Below, piece after piece: positions 61,586-64,000 of a stretch of 64,000 nt of DNA. Origin of the DNA: Macrostomum hystrix (lineage: Eukaryota > Animalia > Platyhelminthes). The notes under the pieces were generated by a model. The model did not search any database. It saw nothing but the letters and a program-made list of their open reading frames with translations, and had not been told where the DNA came from. Within the stretch, counting starts at the first letter, position 1; each line of letters begins with the position of its first letter. A program made the translations under genes and the position numbers. The stretch is from positions 186,001 through 250,000 of the forward strand of contig CATNEN010000025.1 in NCBI GenBank assembly GCA_950097015.1, read 5' to 3'.

Positions 61586-62202
61586 TTTTGTGCTGTTCGT
61601 CTTGTGTTGCTCGGTATCTGTTGAACAGTGTTGTCGCGTGATATCTATTGCTTCGTGTAGAGTATTCATTATCGAATATTGTATTTTTACTGCTAGTAGT
61701 ATGTTCGCGATATGAAGCTATGTATTGAAGTCATTGTGAGCCCATATGTACGTCATTTATTGTTTTTTCTCAATGAGGACATTGACTTTTGTCGAGTAGG
61801 ATGATGTAATGAAATGCATAATCTATTTGAAATTGTTATTAATGTCAAAATAGTTATTGCGTACTGTTATTACAACTAAATTATGCTAAATCGTCTCATA
61901 TAACCGGTATTTTCGTACAGATGTTTTGTAATAATTTTGTATTTAGAATTTGTTTAAACTACGCTTGACAAGTTAAATATAAAGTGACACCAGTTGCAAC
62001 CGGTTTTCTGACACACGCACGCGCATCGGGACTAGCCACTAAGTTTAGATAATTAGATTGGAACGTTAGATTTGAATTTGTATAACTACTTTAACTAATT
62101 TTGCTCAAGATTTTAAGCGCGTGTGTCAGCAAAGCGGCAATTCTAATTAGCATAACAGAGAAGTATGTCCTATCACTAATTATATTACTAATTATATTAT
62201 AT
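61586..62202 (+). repeat. ~620-bp dispersed repeat, copy 2
   Basis: Colinear with 36275-36930. Confidence 0.9.
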
Positions 62203-63887
62203 CCCGTAACGCAATTAGACGTTGCCGTCAGGTCGAAAATACGTCTCTTGGAGACGAAAAATATTAGCCATAAAAAGGAAAATACAAATACACAGACGAG
62301 TGTCATCGTAAAATGTAGCTATAAATAGGGAAAATTAAACTTTCTGCTGTTGTAGAACACCACAAAATATGTTTTAAAAAAGATTATACGGATAAAATAC
62401 GTATCGTTTCGTATATGTGGGATGAAATAACACGAACAGGAACTTCATTTAGAAATAGAAAACTTTGGACTGATATTGATTTTTTAATACTTTTTTTGTT
62501 GCTTAAAAATATCTAATGCTATTATTTTGACGTTTATACAGCAGAACATAGTAAAATTGTTTAAACTGGTGAGTTTTAAATTAAAATTTGTCCTGTTTGC
62601 TGGGTTCGCGAGTGTTCTCTACTCAATAACAGAACAAGACAGACAGTCAAACGTCGGTCATGGCATTGAGTGCGTTACTTCATCCTATATAAAAAATGTG
62701 TCTATATAATTTCAAATTCAGTCACAACCAATGTTTTTTGAATTAAAATTCTCTTGAAGACGAAGTTAGCATAAGTTATGCTGCATAACTTATAGAACGA
62801 TATAAGTTTAGTTAAATAATAAATGGACAAAACTTATTCACTATATTTTATGAAAATCTGAAACTTCAGTACTATAAAAAGTACGCTTAGGCCTAACTTC
62901 CTTAGGTTTTGCTGAAATCATTGTTTTTGTGCTATTAATGATTTTTATTTTTGATTTTAATTTCCACATCTATTTTGCTTTAGCTCAAATTTTTTAATAG
63001 TAGGCCTAGCTAGCTAGTTTAATGAAGGAATCATAATATTAATATATGTTATATCAATGGCTAACTAGGCCTATGGTTATGCAGTATATGTTCATAAGTT
63101 GATACATGCTCTAAAAATTCAAATATTTAATTGCTAGCCCCCCTATTTAGTAATAATAATTTTTGTCTTGGTAAGTCATATAGTAAAATAATTGGCATTC
63201 TCTTTTCATTTGTTAAATTATTTTGACATTTAAATTTGAATCTATAATGTATTTTATTATAAGGAATATATATCCTTGCAAATAGAAGGACCACTTATAG
63301 CCTAACAGACTATGGTAAACATAGCTTTAGTCTTTGTATGAAGTAAGAAATGAGAATGTCATAGTGTTGCTCAGAAAGTTGTATATGGTCACAGTTTAGT
63401 CAGCTAAGCCAAATACGTGATATTTAGAAAAAGTGTGGTCTATGGTAAAATAAAGAAATACAGCTAATGCAGCAGTCTCATAATTACTTTTAAGCTATTA
63501 GTGCATTTCTACTGACTAAGAAATACTTTGTTGGTTTGTTGAATTTGTTATAAATGACTGTATATTGAAATTTGTATGTCAAAGTAATTAAACAAATAAA
63601 AAAGAAGAATGCCTAATTACTAAAATGCTTAAAAATTATGAATTTTTGTATTTGTTTGCAAATATCAATACTTTAAAAAAATTGTTATGTTATATGTTAT
63701 TATAACAGCAATGTTTGATCATTTTTACTTGAATTGTCTATCTAGGTAGTGACTAGATGTCAATTATTTCAAGAGAAAGGTTATGACTAAAATAAAAAAT
63801 ATAAGTATATAAAGTAATAATTATTATTCATATTTTAATATATTTTAAAAGTAATTGTTTGTTATTTTTTCCGTTTTTTATAGCCAT

Positions 63888-64000
63888 ATGGCTAATTTAA
63901 AGAAGTCTCAAAATGCTAAAAATCTTATGAGACTTTCTTCTGTGCTTGTTAGCTCAAGTGACTCGGAAGATACTTTTGAGTTCCCAAATGGCACTAATAT
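63888..64000 (+). CDS. Possible ORF start running off the window end (MANLKKSQNAKNLMRLSS...)
   Basis: ATG 4 nt after the T-rich acceptor TTTTTTATAG|; open to the end of the window; only 37 codons visible. Confidence 0.35.
   Translation, partial: MANLKKSQNAKNLMRLSSVLVSSSDSEDTFEFPNGTN

Overview
Eukaryotic (invertebrate) genomic DNA. It is probably a free-living flatworm such as Macrostomum; this is an inference from innexins, a DEG/ENaC gene, few-intron GC-rich genes and minisatellite-packed introns. The left 30 kb holds five host genes. These are two head-to-head innexins (1201-2391 minus; 10717-15349 plus, 2 exons), a 5-exon ~1039-aa RBR E3 ligase (23720-17275 minus), a MALSU1/RsfS homolog with no in-frame ATG (25191-24184 minus) and a DEG/ENaC channel with a GC-AG intron (27457-29245 plus). 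About a dozen unrelated minisatellites and a 2.5-kb satellite are interleaved with them. The right 34 kb is mostly transposon-derived. It includes RTE, Tc1/IS630 and RT-RNaseH non-LTR remnants and three CACTA/EnSpm transposases, one with a long uninterrupted ORF. It also includes a nested stack (a P-like THAP element containing a Mutator-like element that contains a MITE and a BEL fragment), an Ngaro-type tyrosine-recombinase retrotransposon with a SAP-like Gag and unusual flanking repeats, and a solo LTR. The best leads are a possible spliced-leader-donated start codon and operon at MALSU1-RBR, the YR-retrotransposon end architecture, and the exactly reconstructable nested insertions. No database searches were run, so family calls rest on recognised motifs.
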